Assembly (NCBI GenBank): GCA_965248835.1
Contig: CBDFLJ010000001.1
Location: 320,001-384,000 of the forward strand
From: Alphaproteobacteria bacterium
GTDB taxonomy: Bacteria > Pseudomonadota > Alphaproteobacteria > MPNO01
Length of the DNA: 64,000 bases
Reading direction: 5' to 3'
Both the position numbers and the translations under genes were made by a program. Below, piece by piece: positions 9,416-18,324 of the stretch. Under the pieces are notes generated by a model. The model ran no database searches. It was not told where the DNA came from and saw only the letters and a list, made by a program, of their open reading frames with translations. How positions within the stretch are numbered: the stretch's first letter is position 1; the number at the start of each line of letters is the position of its first letter.

Positions 9416-10599
9416 AGCCGCCGTTCCAGCCGCCACAGGACGGCCGTCGCGGCGAGGCCGACGATCGCTGCCGGGCCGGTGAGCCAGATGGCGCCCTCCC
9501 AGGTCTCCGCGCCCGAGACGAGGTAGGCGAGGATCGGCGGGCCGATGAACTGGCCGAGCGCGAGCGCCTGGATGATCAGCCCGATGCAGGTCGCGACCAG
9601 CACCGGCGAGGCGGCGTGGCGCGGCGCGGCATCGAGCACGACCGGCGGGATGAAACCGCCGACGAAGGGCAGCAACATCGCCAGCGCTAGGCGCAGGACC
9701 GAATCGATGTCGTCTTCGAAGATGCCGAGCGCGCAGGCGAACAGGCCGATATAGGCGACCGCGATGATACGCGGCGCCGACCAGCCGCGGCGCAGCAGCC
9801 ACGCCCCGACGATGCAGCCCGGCGCATTGGTGACCACCGAAAGGGCGACCAGATAGGCCGCGCTGTCGGCGGCATAGCCCTGGCGCTCGATCAGAAAGGT
9901 CGGCAGGAAGGCGGTCACCGAGAGGTAGATCAGCGAGTAGGCCGAGAAGCAGATCGCAAGGGTCGGCGGGCCGGGGCTGGTCAGCGTCCGCCACATCGCG
10001 GCCAGGATCCGCGGCCGATCGGGCGGGGACGCCGGGACCGGCTGCCGGCGCATGGTCGTCCAGCCGGCGAGCGCCAGCGCTGCCAGCGCCAGCACGGCAT
10101 TGACCTGCCACAGCCCGCGCCAGCCGGCGAGATCGAGGAACACCGGCGAGATCACGATCATGCCGCCGAGCCCGACCGGCATGTAGAACGCCCATATGCC
10201 GAGCGCCAGGCCGCGGTCGCGCGGGATCGCCAGGGCGGCGATGAGCGCCGGCCCGGCGGCCAGGACCGCGATGTAGCCGGTCCCCTCGACCAGCCGGGTC
10301 GCGATCAGCATCGTCCCGGATTCGGCGAAGCTGCCCAGGACCGTGCCCAGCGCGACCACCCCCATGCCGCCCATCAGCACGAGGCGGTGGCCGATGCGGT
10401 CGGCGATGAAGCCCCACAGCATGCCCGTTGCAAGCCCGACGGCGGCGAAGGTCGAGATCACCCAGCCCGCGGTGACCAGGCTCAGCCCCAGGTCGGCCCG
10501 CAGGGCCGGCACCGAGGCGGGCAGCTTGCCGATCTGGAAAGCGGCGACGATCCCGGCCAGGGCGACCGCGAAGACCGCCGTCCAGAGCGTGTGCGCCAG
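9412..10599 (-). CDS. MFS transporter (CynX/NimT-like); start uncertain
   Basis: About 12 hydrophobic segments; AAFQIGKLPASVP, GFIADRIGHR motif A, GQFIGPP. Confidence 0.85.
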   Translation of the reverse strand: MAHTLWTAVFAVALAGIVAAFQIGKLPASVPALRADLGLSLVTAGWVISTFAAVGLATGMLWGFIADRIGHRLVLMGGMGVVALGTVLGSFAESGTMLIATRLVEGTGYIAVLAAGPALIAALAIPRDRGLALGIWAFYMPVGLGGMIVISPVFLDLAGWRGLWQVNAVLALAALALAGWTTMRRQPVPASPPDRPRILAAMWRTLTSPGPPTLAICFSAYSLIYLSVTAFLPTFLIERQGYAADSAAYLVALSVVTNAPGCIVGAWLLRRGWSAPRIIAVAYIGLFACALGIFEDDIDSVLRLALAMLLPFVGGFIPPVVLDAAPRHAASPVLVATCIGLIIQALALGQFIGPPILAYLVSGAETWEGAIWLTGPAAIVGLAATAVLWRLERRL

Positions 10600-10606
10600 C
10601 GGCGTT

Positions 10607-11485
10607 TCAGCCGCCGAATTGCGGCTCGGGAAGGCCACGAACACCCGCCTCGAACGCGAACAGCGCGCCGGCCAGCGGCGTCTCGGCGAGCGCGGCGCGG
10701 TCCATGCCGAGCGATGCCGTGGAGATGTAAAGCGTCTCCAGGTCGGGCCCGCCGAAGGCGCAGCAGGTGACCTGGAGCACCGGCAGCGCGACCTCCCGGT
10801 CGACCGCGCCATCGGGGTCGTAGCGCCTCACGCGGCCGCCGAACATCTGCGCGCACCACAGGAAGCCCTCGCTGTCGACGGTCGCGCCATCGGTGACGCC
10901 GACCCCTTCGCCCAGCTCGACGAAGACCCGCTTGTTGTCGATCTCCCCGCTCGCCTGGTCGAAATCGAAGGCCCAGATCTGCATCGACATGCTGTCGGTG
11001 AAGTACATCGTCGTGCCGTCGGGGCTCCAGCACAGCGCGTTGGGGATCCGGATGTCGGTCAGCGCAGCGGTAAACTGTCCATCGGCGGTGATGCGCCACA
11101 GCGTGCCGACCGGCCGGTGGCCAGGGTCCTGCATCGTGCCGCACCAGAACCGCCCGGCACGGTCGACTTTGCCGTCGTTCATCCGGTTCTGGTTGAACCG
11201 GTGCCCGCCCTCGGGATCGACCAGCGGCTCGAATTCGCCGCTTTCCAGGTCGAAATAGGCAACCCCGGTCCTGAGCCCGGCGACCAGCCGGCCGGATCCG
11301 GCCAGTCCGATCGAGCCGATCTCGGTCTCGACCAGCCAGTGCCTGCGCTCGCCGCTGGCGGGATCGAGCCGATGGATCGTCGGGTTGTTGATGTCGACCC
11401 AGTAGATCGCGCCCTCCTCGGGCGACCACAAGGTGCTTTCGCCGAGGATCGCATTGTTCCGGACCACGGGTACGGGTTCGCTCAT
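10607..11485 (-). CDS. SMP-30/gluconolactonase/LRE family lactonase
   Basis: LGESTLW, RMNDGKVDRAGRFW.GTM, PNALCWSPDG, DGATVDSEG, CCAFGGPDL. Confidence 0.93.
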   Translation of the reverse strand: MSEPVPVVRNNAILGESTLWSPEEGAIYWVDINNPTIHRLDPASGERRHWLVETEIGSIGLAGSGRLVAGLRTGVAYFDLESGEFEPLVDPEGGHRFNQNRMNDGKVDRAGRFWCGTMQDPGHRPVGTLWRITADGQFTAALTDIRIPNALCWSPDGTTMYFTDSMSMQIWAFDFDQASGEIDNKRVFVELGEGVGVTDGATVDSEGFLWCAQMFGGRVRRYDPDGAVDREVALPVLQVTCCAFGGPDLETLYISTASLGMDRAALAETPLAGALFAFEAGVRGLPEPQFGG

Positions 11486-11581
11486 CGGTATGGCACCTCC
11501 CGGTGCGAGTATCGCACCTGAGCCTGCGTTGCGGTATCCTGGGAATCGAACGGGAAACGACACCAGTCAGGGGGAGTGCCG

Positions 11582-12340
11582 ATGGGACGGCTCGACGGCA
11601 AGGTCGCGATTGTTACCGGCGCCGCGCAGGGAATCGGCGCGGCCTACGCCAAGCGGTTCGCCGAGGAAGGCGCGAAAATTGCGATCTGCGACATCATGGA
11701 CTGCACCAACGTGGTCAACACGATCACCCAGTCCGGCGGCGAGGCGTTCGGCATGGAAGTCGACGTGGGCGAGGAGGCCCAGGTCGAGGCGCTGATCGCC
11801 AGGACGGTCGAGACCTTCGGCAAGGTCGACATCATGGTGCCCAACGCCGCCATCTTCGCGACCATCGAGCGGCGCTCGTTCCTGGAGATCGGCGTGGAGG
11901 AGTGGGACAAGCTGATGGCGGTCAACGTGCGCGGCGTGTTCGTGTGCATCAAGGCGGTCGTGCCGGAGATGAAAAAGCAGGGCTATGGCAAGATCGTCAA
12001 CATCTCCTCGGGCACCGTTCAGGCCGGGGTCCCGTGGATGCTCCACTACGTCTCATCGAAAGGCGCGGTCGATGCGATGACCCGGGCCGTGGCGCGCGAG
12101 GTCGGCGATTTCGGCATCCGGGTCAACTCGATCGCACCCGGTTTCACCATGTCCGAGCAGATCGAGTCCCAGCGCGAGGCGCTACAGTTCAATATCGACA
12201 TGAACCTCGCCGGGCGCGCCTTCAAACGCGACGAGATGCCCGAGGACCTGCTGGGCACGATGGTCTTCCTTGCCTCGCCCGAGAGCGACTTCATCACCGG
12301 CCAGACCATCCTGGTCGATGGCGGGCTGGTGATGCATTAG
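11582..12340 (+). CDS. Short-chain dehydrogenase/reductase
   Basis: TGAAQGIG, YVSSKG (YxxxK), RVNSIAPG, FITGQTILVDGG. Confidence 0.93.
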   Translation: MGRLDGKVAIVTGAAQGIGAAYAKRFAEEGAKIAICDIMDCTNVVNTITQSGGEAFGMEVDVGEEAQVEALIARTVETFGKVDIMVPNAAIFATIERRSFLEIGVEEWDKLMAVNVRGVFVCIKAVVPEMKKQGYGKIVNISSGTVQAGVPWMLHYVSSKGAVDAMTRAVAREVGDFGIRVNSIAPGFTMSEQIESQREALQFNIDMNLAGRAFKRDEMPEDLLGTMVFLASPESDFITGQTILVDGGLVMH

Positions 12341-12420
12341 GCAACGGAGATGCGTTCACGCCACGGCTGCACGGCGCCGGAAGGCATCGGGAAAGCGGCC
12401 GGATAGAACGGAAGAGCGCG

Positions 12421-13035
12421 ATGCTGGTCCTGGTCACCAACACCGAACCCAGGCCGCACGGGCCCTGGCATACGCCGGAACGCCACAGCGGATGCCTCAA
12501 CCACTGGGTCGGCCAGCACCGGATGGGCGTTGCGATCATCTATCCGATCATGTTCGTGCGCGGCTATGCGATGTACATGGAGGTCCCCTCGGGCCGCGCG
12601 CTGCGGAAGATCCTGCAGGGCAATCCGATGTGGCCGGACGAGACCTACCGGATCTACATCCTTGAAGAGGAGGAGGACCAGCCGTTGAAGTACGAACCGG
12701 TCCCGCCCGGAAAGGAGCGTTTCCTGATCCTTGCGCGTCCGGCCAAGCCGCTGCCGCCGGATCTGGATTACGCGGGCACGGATGCCATGCTCGCCCGCAT
12801 CCGAGAGGAGCATGGCGCGATCATCCATCGTCTGGTCGAGGACATCGCGGGCTATGCCATCCTGATCGACGTCCAGAGCAACGACCAGATCCGCGCGCTC
12901 CTGGAGCCGCTGCCCATCACCGCCTACGTCAATTACGAGATCCGCCCGCTAGGGACGCTCGAGGCGCACAGCCAGCACATCCGCGACCTCGGGCTGCAGG
13001 ACCCGTTCCAGTCCAACCTTCCGCCGGTCGACTGA
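12421..13035 (+). CDS. Hypothetical protein with two muconolactone-delta-isomerase-like repeats
   Basis: GYAMYMEVPSGRALRKILQGNPMWPDETYRIYIL and GYAILIDVQSNDQIRALLEPLPITAYVNYEIRPL resemble the CatC C-terminal pattern. Confidence 0.6.
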   Translation: MLVLVTNTEPRPHGPWHTPERHSGCLNHWVGQHRMGVAIIYPIMFVRGYAMYMEVPSGRALRKILQGNPMWPDETYRIYILEEEEDQPLKYEPVPPGKERFLILARPAKPLPPDLDYAGTDAMLARIREEHGAIIHRLVEDIAGYAILIDVQSNDQIRALLEPLPITAYVNYEIRPLGTLEAHSQHIRDLGLQDPFQSNLPPVD

Positions 13036-13047
13036 TCACCGGCGCGC

Positions 13048-14247
13048 ATGGCCCGACAGACCCGCGAGCCGAGCACGGCGCTGTTCATCGCGCTGGTCGC
13101 GATCACGTTCGTCGGGCCGATGTCGATCCATCTGTTCCTGCCGGCGATCGCCCTGGTCCAGCGCGCCTTCGCCGTCGATGCCGCCACCGCCCAGCTCTCC
13201 TTCAGCCTCGCGATGTTCGCCATGGCCTTCGGCACGCTGGTCTATGGCAGCCTGTCGGACCGGCTGGGGCGGCTGCCGGTGCTGATCGGCGGCCTGGCGC
13301 TGTTTACCGCCGGCGCGGCGATTGCCGCGCTCGCGCCGTCGATCGAGATCCTGATTGCCGGCCGCATCCTGCAGGGGCTGGGCGCCGCCTGCGGGCTGGT
13401 GATCGCGCGGACCGTCGTTCGTGATGTCTACGGCGCCGACCGGCTCGGGTCGATGATCGCCTATCTGACCGCGGCCTATGTGATCGGTCCGATGATCTCA
13501 CCGCCGATCGGCGGGATGCTCGGCGATGCTTTCGGATGGCAGTCGATCCTGGTCGTGCCGGCGGTCTTCGGCTTGCTGGTCGTTGTCGTCGCGGTCGTGG
13601 TCATTGGCGAGACCCGGCAGGGTACGCCCCAGGCGGCGATCGGCCTGATCCGCAGCTACCGCCGGCTCCTGGGCAGTCTGCGTTTCGACCTGTTGACGCT
13701 TCATGTCGGGTTCGGCGGGGCGTCCTTTTTCGCGCTCAATACCGGTGCCTCGTTCCTGGTCGTCGACGCCCTGGGCCGGCCGGCCAGCGAATACGGGTTC
13801 TACTTCGTCCTGGGCGCGCTCGGCTTCATGGCCGGCAACTTCTTCTCCGGCCGGCTCAACCGCCGCCACGACGGCAGCCTGTTGACCACCGTCGGGGCGT
13901 ATCTCGCGGTGGCCGGGATCCTGACGATGATCCCCCTCTACCTCGTCATCGGGCTGCACCCGATCACCCTGTTCGTTCCCTCCGGCCTGATGTCCTTCGG
14001 CCAGGGCCTGTCCTGGCCGCACGTCCAGGCCGCGGCGATCACGACCGACCCGCTGCTCACCGGGACCGCTTCGGGCATCGTCGTGTTCGCCATGTTCATC
14101 ATGGCTGCAACCTTCTCCCAGATCGTCGCCGCGCTCTATGACGGCACCGCGATCCCCGTGATGATCATCGTGATTTCGACGATGATCATCGCCTCGGCCT
14201 GCGTGCTGCTGGCGCTGCGGCTGCCGGCGCCGATCGCGGCCCGGTAG
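13048..14247 (+). CDS. Bcr/CflA-type multidrug MFS transporter
   Basis: YGSLSDRLGRLPVL, GRILQGLG, ARTVVRD, PPIGG. Confidence 0.9.
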   Translation: MARQTREPSTALFIALVAITFVGPMSIHLFLPAIALVQRAFAVDAATAQLSFSLAMFAMAFGTLVYGSLSDRLGRLPVLIGGLALFTAGAAIAALAPSIEILIAGRILQGLGAACGLVIARTVVRDVYGADRLGSMIAYLTAAYVIGPMISPPIGGMLGDAFGWQSILVVPAVFGLLVVVVAVVVIGETRQGTPQAAIGLIRSYRRLLGSLRFDLLTLHVGFGGASFFALNTGASFLVVDALGRPASEYGFYFVLGALGFMAGNFFSGRLNRRHDGSLLTTVGAYLAVAGILTMIPLYLVIGLHPITLFVPSGLMSFGQGLSWPHVQAAAITTDPLLTGTASGIVVFAMFIMAATFSQIVAALYDGTAIPVMIIVISTMIIASACVLLALRLPAPIAAR

Positions 14248-14368
14248 GCTCAGTCCCCGGCCGGCGAACGCGCCAAGCCGGGCGCCCGGAAGTCGAAGGG
14301 AACGACGCGACCATGATCTCCCTGGCGCTTGATGCCGCGGCCGGGCTCTTTCACCCTTCGGTTGGCGC

Positions 14369-15601
14369 ATGAGCCGCCGGACCCCGGCCTCGTCCGCCGC
14401 CTTTGTCATCGCCGCAGTCTGCACCGCGCAGGTCCTGGCGCAGCTCGGCGGCTTCACGTTCTTCGCCCTGCTGCCGACCTTCTTCGTTGAATGGGGCCTC
14501 AACCATTCCCAGGCTGGGATCCTGAACGGCATCGTCTTCGGCGCCTACGCGCTTGCGGTCCCGATTGTCGTTCCCTTGACCGACCGCCTGGATCCGCGGC
14601 GGATATACGTCTGCGCAGCGGGGCTGGCGGCGTGCTCCCACTTGGGCATGGCCTTCTTTGCCGATGGGTTCTGGGACGGGCTGGTCTTTCGCACGCTGGC
14701 CGGGATCGGCTGGGGCGGCACCTACATGGTCGGCCTGAAGACGCTGGCCGATCTGGTGGAAGGCCCCGCGCAATCCCGCGCGGTCGCCTTCCACGCCGCC
14801 AGCATCGGCCTCGGGGGCTCGTTGTCCTTTGTCCTTGCCGGCTGGGTTGCGCAGGCCGTCGGCTGGCAGGGCGCCTTTCAGCTATCGGCGGCGGGCAGCC
14901 TGCTCGCCGTGCTGGTGATGGCCTTCGCGGTGCCGAAGCGGCGACCGGCCCCAGCCGATGGTTCGGGCGGGATCCCGGCGCTGTTGCGGGCGGTCCGCAA
15001 CCGGCCGGCGATCGCGTACTCCATCGGCTACTGCGTCCATAGCTGGGAGATGTTCACGCTGCGCTCCTGGGTGGTGACGTTTCTGGTGTTCACCGCCGCG
15101 CAGGGCGGGTCGCAGCCGAACTTCCTGATCCCGACGGTGGTCGCCATGCTGATGGAGCTGACGGGAACCGCGGCCAGCGTGCTCGGCAACGAGGCCGCCA
15201 TCCGCATCGGCCGGCGGCGGTGGATCCTCACGGTGATGCTGGCGTCCATGGCGGTGGGCGCCGTGGTCGGGTTCGCGGCCGGTGCGGGCTATGGCGCGGC
15301 GGCTGCGGTCTGCCTTGCCTACAACGTCCTGATCTATGCCGATTCGGCGGCACTCACCGCCGGCGCAGTGGGCACCGCCGAGCCGGGCCGCCGCGGTGCC
15401 ACGCTCGCCGTGCACGGCATGCTGGGTTTCGGCGGCGGGTTCGTGGGCCCGCTGTTGCTGGGCGTGATCCTCGATCTCCTGGGCGGCGAGACGGTGATCG
15501 ACTGGGGCATCGCCTTCGCCCACGTTTCGGTGGTCATGGCGATCGGACTCCTGGCCATGCGCGTGCTGAAACCGGGCGAGCTTCCCGGCGATCGGGCGTG
15601 A
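14369..15601 (+). CDS. MFS transporter
   Basis: LTDRLDPRR, GGTYMVGLK, DSAALTAG, GFVGP; about 12 TM segments. Confidence 0.88.
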   Translation: MSRRTPASSAAFVIAAVCTAQVLAQLGGFTFFALLPTFFVEWGLNHSQAGILNGIVFGAYALAVPIVVPLTDRLDPRRIYVCAAGLAACSHLGMAFFADGFWDGLVFRTLAGIGWGGTYMVGLKTLADLVEGPAQSRAVAFHAASIGLGGSLSFVLAGWVAQAVGWQGAFQLSAAGSLLAVLVMAFAVPKRRPAPADGSGGIPALLRAVRNRPAIAYSIGYCVHSWEMFTLRSWVVTFLVFTAAQGGSQPNFLIPTVVAMLMELTGTAASVLGNEAAIRIGRRRWILTVMLASMAVGAVVGFAAGAGYGAAAAVCLAYNVLIYADSAALTAGAVGTAEPGRRGATLAVHGMLGFGGGFVGPLLLGVILDLLGGETVIDWGIAFAHVSVVMAIGLLAMRVLKPGELPGDRA

Positions 15602-15619
15602 GCCGAAGAGCGGCCGACC

Positions 15620-15689
15620 GGCACGTCCCGGGATCGCCCGCGCTCGGTTATCGGGCCGGCGGACCGGCCCGACTGGTTCGGGACATGCC
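15620..15689. terminator. Nested hairpin between convergent genes (possible bidirectional terminator)
   Basis: Inner stem TCGGGCCGG-cgga-CCGGCCCGA inside an outer GGCAcGTCCCG...CGGGACaTGCC pairing; no clear U tract. Confidence 0.4.
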
Positions 15690-17297
15690 TTACGCCTGGT
15701 GGCTCGGCAGCGGGCTGCGGTCGACCAGCGCGATCTGGCGGCGGGCCAAGCGCTCCATCACCGCCGCCTTGGCTCCGGCGGCGGCGGGATCGTCCCACAA
15801 ATTGTTGAGTTCCGAGGGGTCGGCCTCGAGGTCATAAAGCTCGCCCCACGGCACGTCGTGATAGAGCGTCATGCGGTGGCGGTCGGTTACGAACGTCCGC
15901 GTCCGGGCGGGCTTCTCGAAGCCGAGCGCGACCCGCTGCTGGTCCTCCTCGATCAGGATCTCGGCGTCGGTGTCGTCCGGACCGCCGTCGATCAGCGGCG
16001 TCAGGCTGCGCCCCTGGATGCCGTTATAGGGCGCGATCTGCGCCCGATCGAGGATCGTGGCGGCGATGTCGAGCGTGCCCGAGACGGTGGCGGTGGTCCC
16101 GACCGGGGCCGCACGCTCAGCGGTGTCGGCCCACAGGAACGGCACCCGGATCAGGCTCTGATAGTGGATCGGGCCCTTGAGCAGGAGCTGGTGGTCGCCC
16201 AGGAAATCGCCGTGATCGGCGGTGAAGATCACTACCGTGTCATCGCGCAGCCCCAGCCGGTCGAGCGTCGCGAGGATGCGGCCGACCGCGTCGTCGATCA
16301 TCGCGATCATGTCGCAGGTCAGCGCCCGGGCCTCGCGCGCCTCGCGCTCGCCGACCGCGAACAGCGCTTGTGCGGTGGTCATGGCGGTCCCGGCATCGCG
16401 CTGGTCGCGGGCGAACTGGACATGCGGCGGCGGGGCGGCGTTGGTCCCGGCGAAGGATTCATCGAGGCTCATGTCCGCAGGACTGTGCATGCCCCAGTAC
16501 CGGCCCGGTGGGGTGAACGGGTGGTGCGGATCGGGGAACGAGGCCATGGCGAAGAACGGCGCATCCGGCCCGTCGGCCGCTATTCCTTCGAGGAAATCGA
16601 CTGTCTTGTCCGCGACATAGCTGGTCGGGTACAGCGCCTCCGGCACCGCGGTGCGCCACGCCTGGGGGCAGACATAATCGTGCGGCAGCGCGTTGTCCGC
16701 GCCGCGCAGCGACTCCGGATCGTCGTGGCGTTCCTTCAGCCATTGCCAGTAATGGCCGCCGACAAGATCGCCGTGCTCGGTGCACAGATCGACCCGCTCG
16801 AAGCCGTAGAACGGATAGGGCACGTCCCAGTCAGGATCGTCATGCCAGCCTTGCGGCGATTCGGCCGCGGCCGGGCCGTTCTCGGCAGACGGCTTGAGCG
16901 CCTCGGCAAACGGGGGCGGCGGCGGCAAACAGTCCTCCGGGGCTTCCGGACCCTTCTGGATCGCCGGCCTGCCGGTCATGTTCTGCAGGTGACTCTTGCC
17001 CAGAAGCGCGGTCTTGTAGCCGTGGCAGCGCATCAGATCGACGAACGTGTTGGCGCGGAAGGACAGCGCGATCCCGTTGCTGCGCACGCCGTGGAGCGAC
17101 GGCATGCGCCCGGTCATCAGGGTGGCGCGGTTGGGCATGCAGATCGGCGAGGCGACATAGAAGCGGTCGAAGCGGCGGCCGCGGGCGGCAATGGAATCGA
17201 TGTGCGGGGTCTTCAGCACCGGATGGCCGCCACAGCCGAGGAAATCGGCGCGTTGCTGATCGGTGATGAAGAACAGGAAATTGGGTCGCTTCGCCAT
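15690..17297 (-). CDS. Formylglycine-type sulfatase (arylsulfatase/choline-sulfatase-like)
   Basis: RPNFLFFITDQQR, CMPNR (CxPxR), GKSH, DPHHP, ADHGDFLGDH, ELYDLEADP. Confidence 0.93.
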   Translation of the reverse strand: MAKRPNFLFFITDQQRADFLGCGGHPVLKTPHIDSIAARGRRFDRFYVASPICMPNRATLMTGRMPSLHGVRSNGIALSFRANTFVDLMRCHGYKTALLGKSHLQNMTGRPAIQKGPEAPEDCLPPPPPFAEALKPSAENGPAAAESPQGWHDDPDWDVPYPFYGFERVDLCTEHGDLVGGHYWQWLKERHDDPESLRGADNALPHDYVCPQAWRTAVPEALYPTSYVADKTVDFLEGIAADGPDAPFFAMASFPDPHHPFTPPGRYWGMHSPADMSLDESFAGTNAAPPPHVQFARDQRDAGTAMTTAQALFAVGEREAREARALTCDMIAMIDDAVGRILATLDRLGLRDDTVVIFTADHGDFLGDHQLLLKGPIHYQSLIRVPFLWADTAERAAPVGTTATVSGTLDIAATILDRAQIAPYNGIQGRSLTPLIDGGPDDTDAEILIEEDQQRVALGFEKPARTRTFVTDRHRMTLYHDVPWGELYDLEADPSELNNLWDDPAAAGAKAAVMERLARRQIALVDRSPLPSHQA

Positions 17298-17317
17298 GAT
17301 ATCTCCCATGCGGGTTC

Positions 17318-17378
17318 GTTGCCTGGAGCCTGTTCCAATCGGATCGATCCGGTCCGATTGGAACAGGCTCTAGGCGAC
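17318..17378. repeat. Long palindromic intergenic element, copy 1
   Basis: Arms 17321-17346 and 17350-17375 pair at 24/26 positions (plus 2 G-T) around a 3-nt loop; terminal CTA is the stop of the upstream hydrolase. Confidence 0.8.
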
Positions 17379-18248
17379 CCTGGCCGAGGCCAGGCCCATC
17401 CATCCGAGGAACGGCGCGACCAGGACGCCGGCGGGATCGTTCATGTCCTCGTTGACGGTGAAATGGTGGCGCCCTGCGAGCTCGAGCCGGCGGCATTCGT
17501 TGCCCCTGGCCAGCCAGGCCTCGGCGAAGGCACGCGGCTGGCGGCGGAACTCCTCGGTCTCCAGCGATCCGGCGGCGATGATCAGCGGACACCCGTCTTC
17601 GGGCACGTGAAGGATCGGGCTGTTGCGCGCCGCCGAGACCTGGTCGAGCTTGAGCCACTCGTTGCGGAAGGTCAGGCGCACCGGCTCCAGGTCGTACATG
17701 CCGCTGACCAGAAGCCCGCCCTTGACGACGTCGCGCGGCAGCCCGAGGGCGGCGGACCAGTCGGTGACCGCCATCATGGCGGCGATATGGGCGCCCGATG
17801 ACTTGCCATGGACGAACAGCCGCGTGCGGTCGCCGCCGAAGGATTCGGCGTTGGCCCACAGCCAGGCAATCGCATCGCGGCACTGGCCGATCAGCGTATC
17901 CATGGTGACCTTGGGCAACAGGCTGAAATTGACCGAGACGTAGTGGACGCCGGCCGCCGCGTACATTGCCGCGCTCTCGCAGTTGCTGGTCTTGCTGCCC
18001 ATCGCCCAGCGCCCGCCGTGGAAGAACACGACGATCGGCGCCGGTGCGGCCGCTTCGGCGAGGTAGATGTCCAGGCGCTCGTCCTCGCCCGGGCCGTAGG
18101 CGATGTCGAATTCACCCGCGGTGGCCGCCCGCACGCGCTCGCTCTCGGCCTTCTGGGCGGCGATGTACGCATCGGCGTCGGGGACGAAATGGCGGTGCTC
18201 GTACTGCCGGTCGAGCGCTTCTTGGGTATAGTCGAGATAGACCTTCAT
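17370..18248 (-). CDS. Alpha/beta hydrolase, arylformamidase (kynurenine formamidase)-like
   Basis: DIAYGPGEDERLDIY, FFHGGRW, GKSSG nucleophile elbow, SGMYDLEP, HHF. Confidence 0.85.
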   Translation of the reverse strand: MKVYLDYTQEALDRQYEHRHFVPDADAYIAAQKAESERVRAATAGEFDIAYGPGEDERLDIYLAEAAAPAPIVVFFHGGRWAMGSKTSNCESAAMYAAAGVHYVSVNFSLLPKVTMDTLIGQCRDAIAWLWANAESFGGDRTRLFVHGKSSGAHIAAMMAVTDWSAALGLPRDVVKGGLLVSGMYDLEPVRLTFRNEWLKLDQVSAARNSPILHVPEDGCPLIIAAGSLETEEFRRQPRAFAEAWLARGNECRRLELAGRHHFTVNEDMNDPAGVLVAPFLGWMGLASARVA

Positions 18249-18324
18249 CGAGCGTGCTTCCTGCCGCCGCTCGCGCCAGTCTATGGCGCCGCCGGTGGGG
18301 TGTCCACGAACCGGGAAGGAAGCC

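Noticed and set aside
11503-13035. 510-aa ORF overlapping the SDR
   Set aside because: Only the last 204 aa from ATG 12421 look protein-like; the rest is an off-frame shadow of the SDR.
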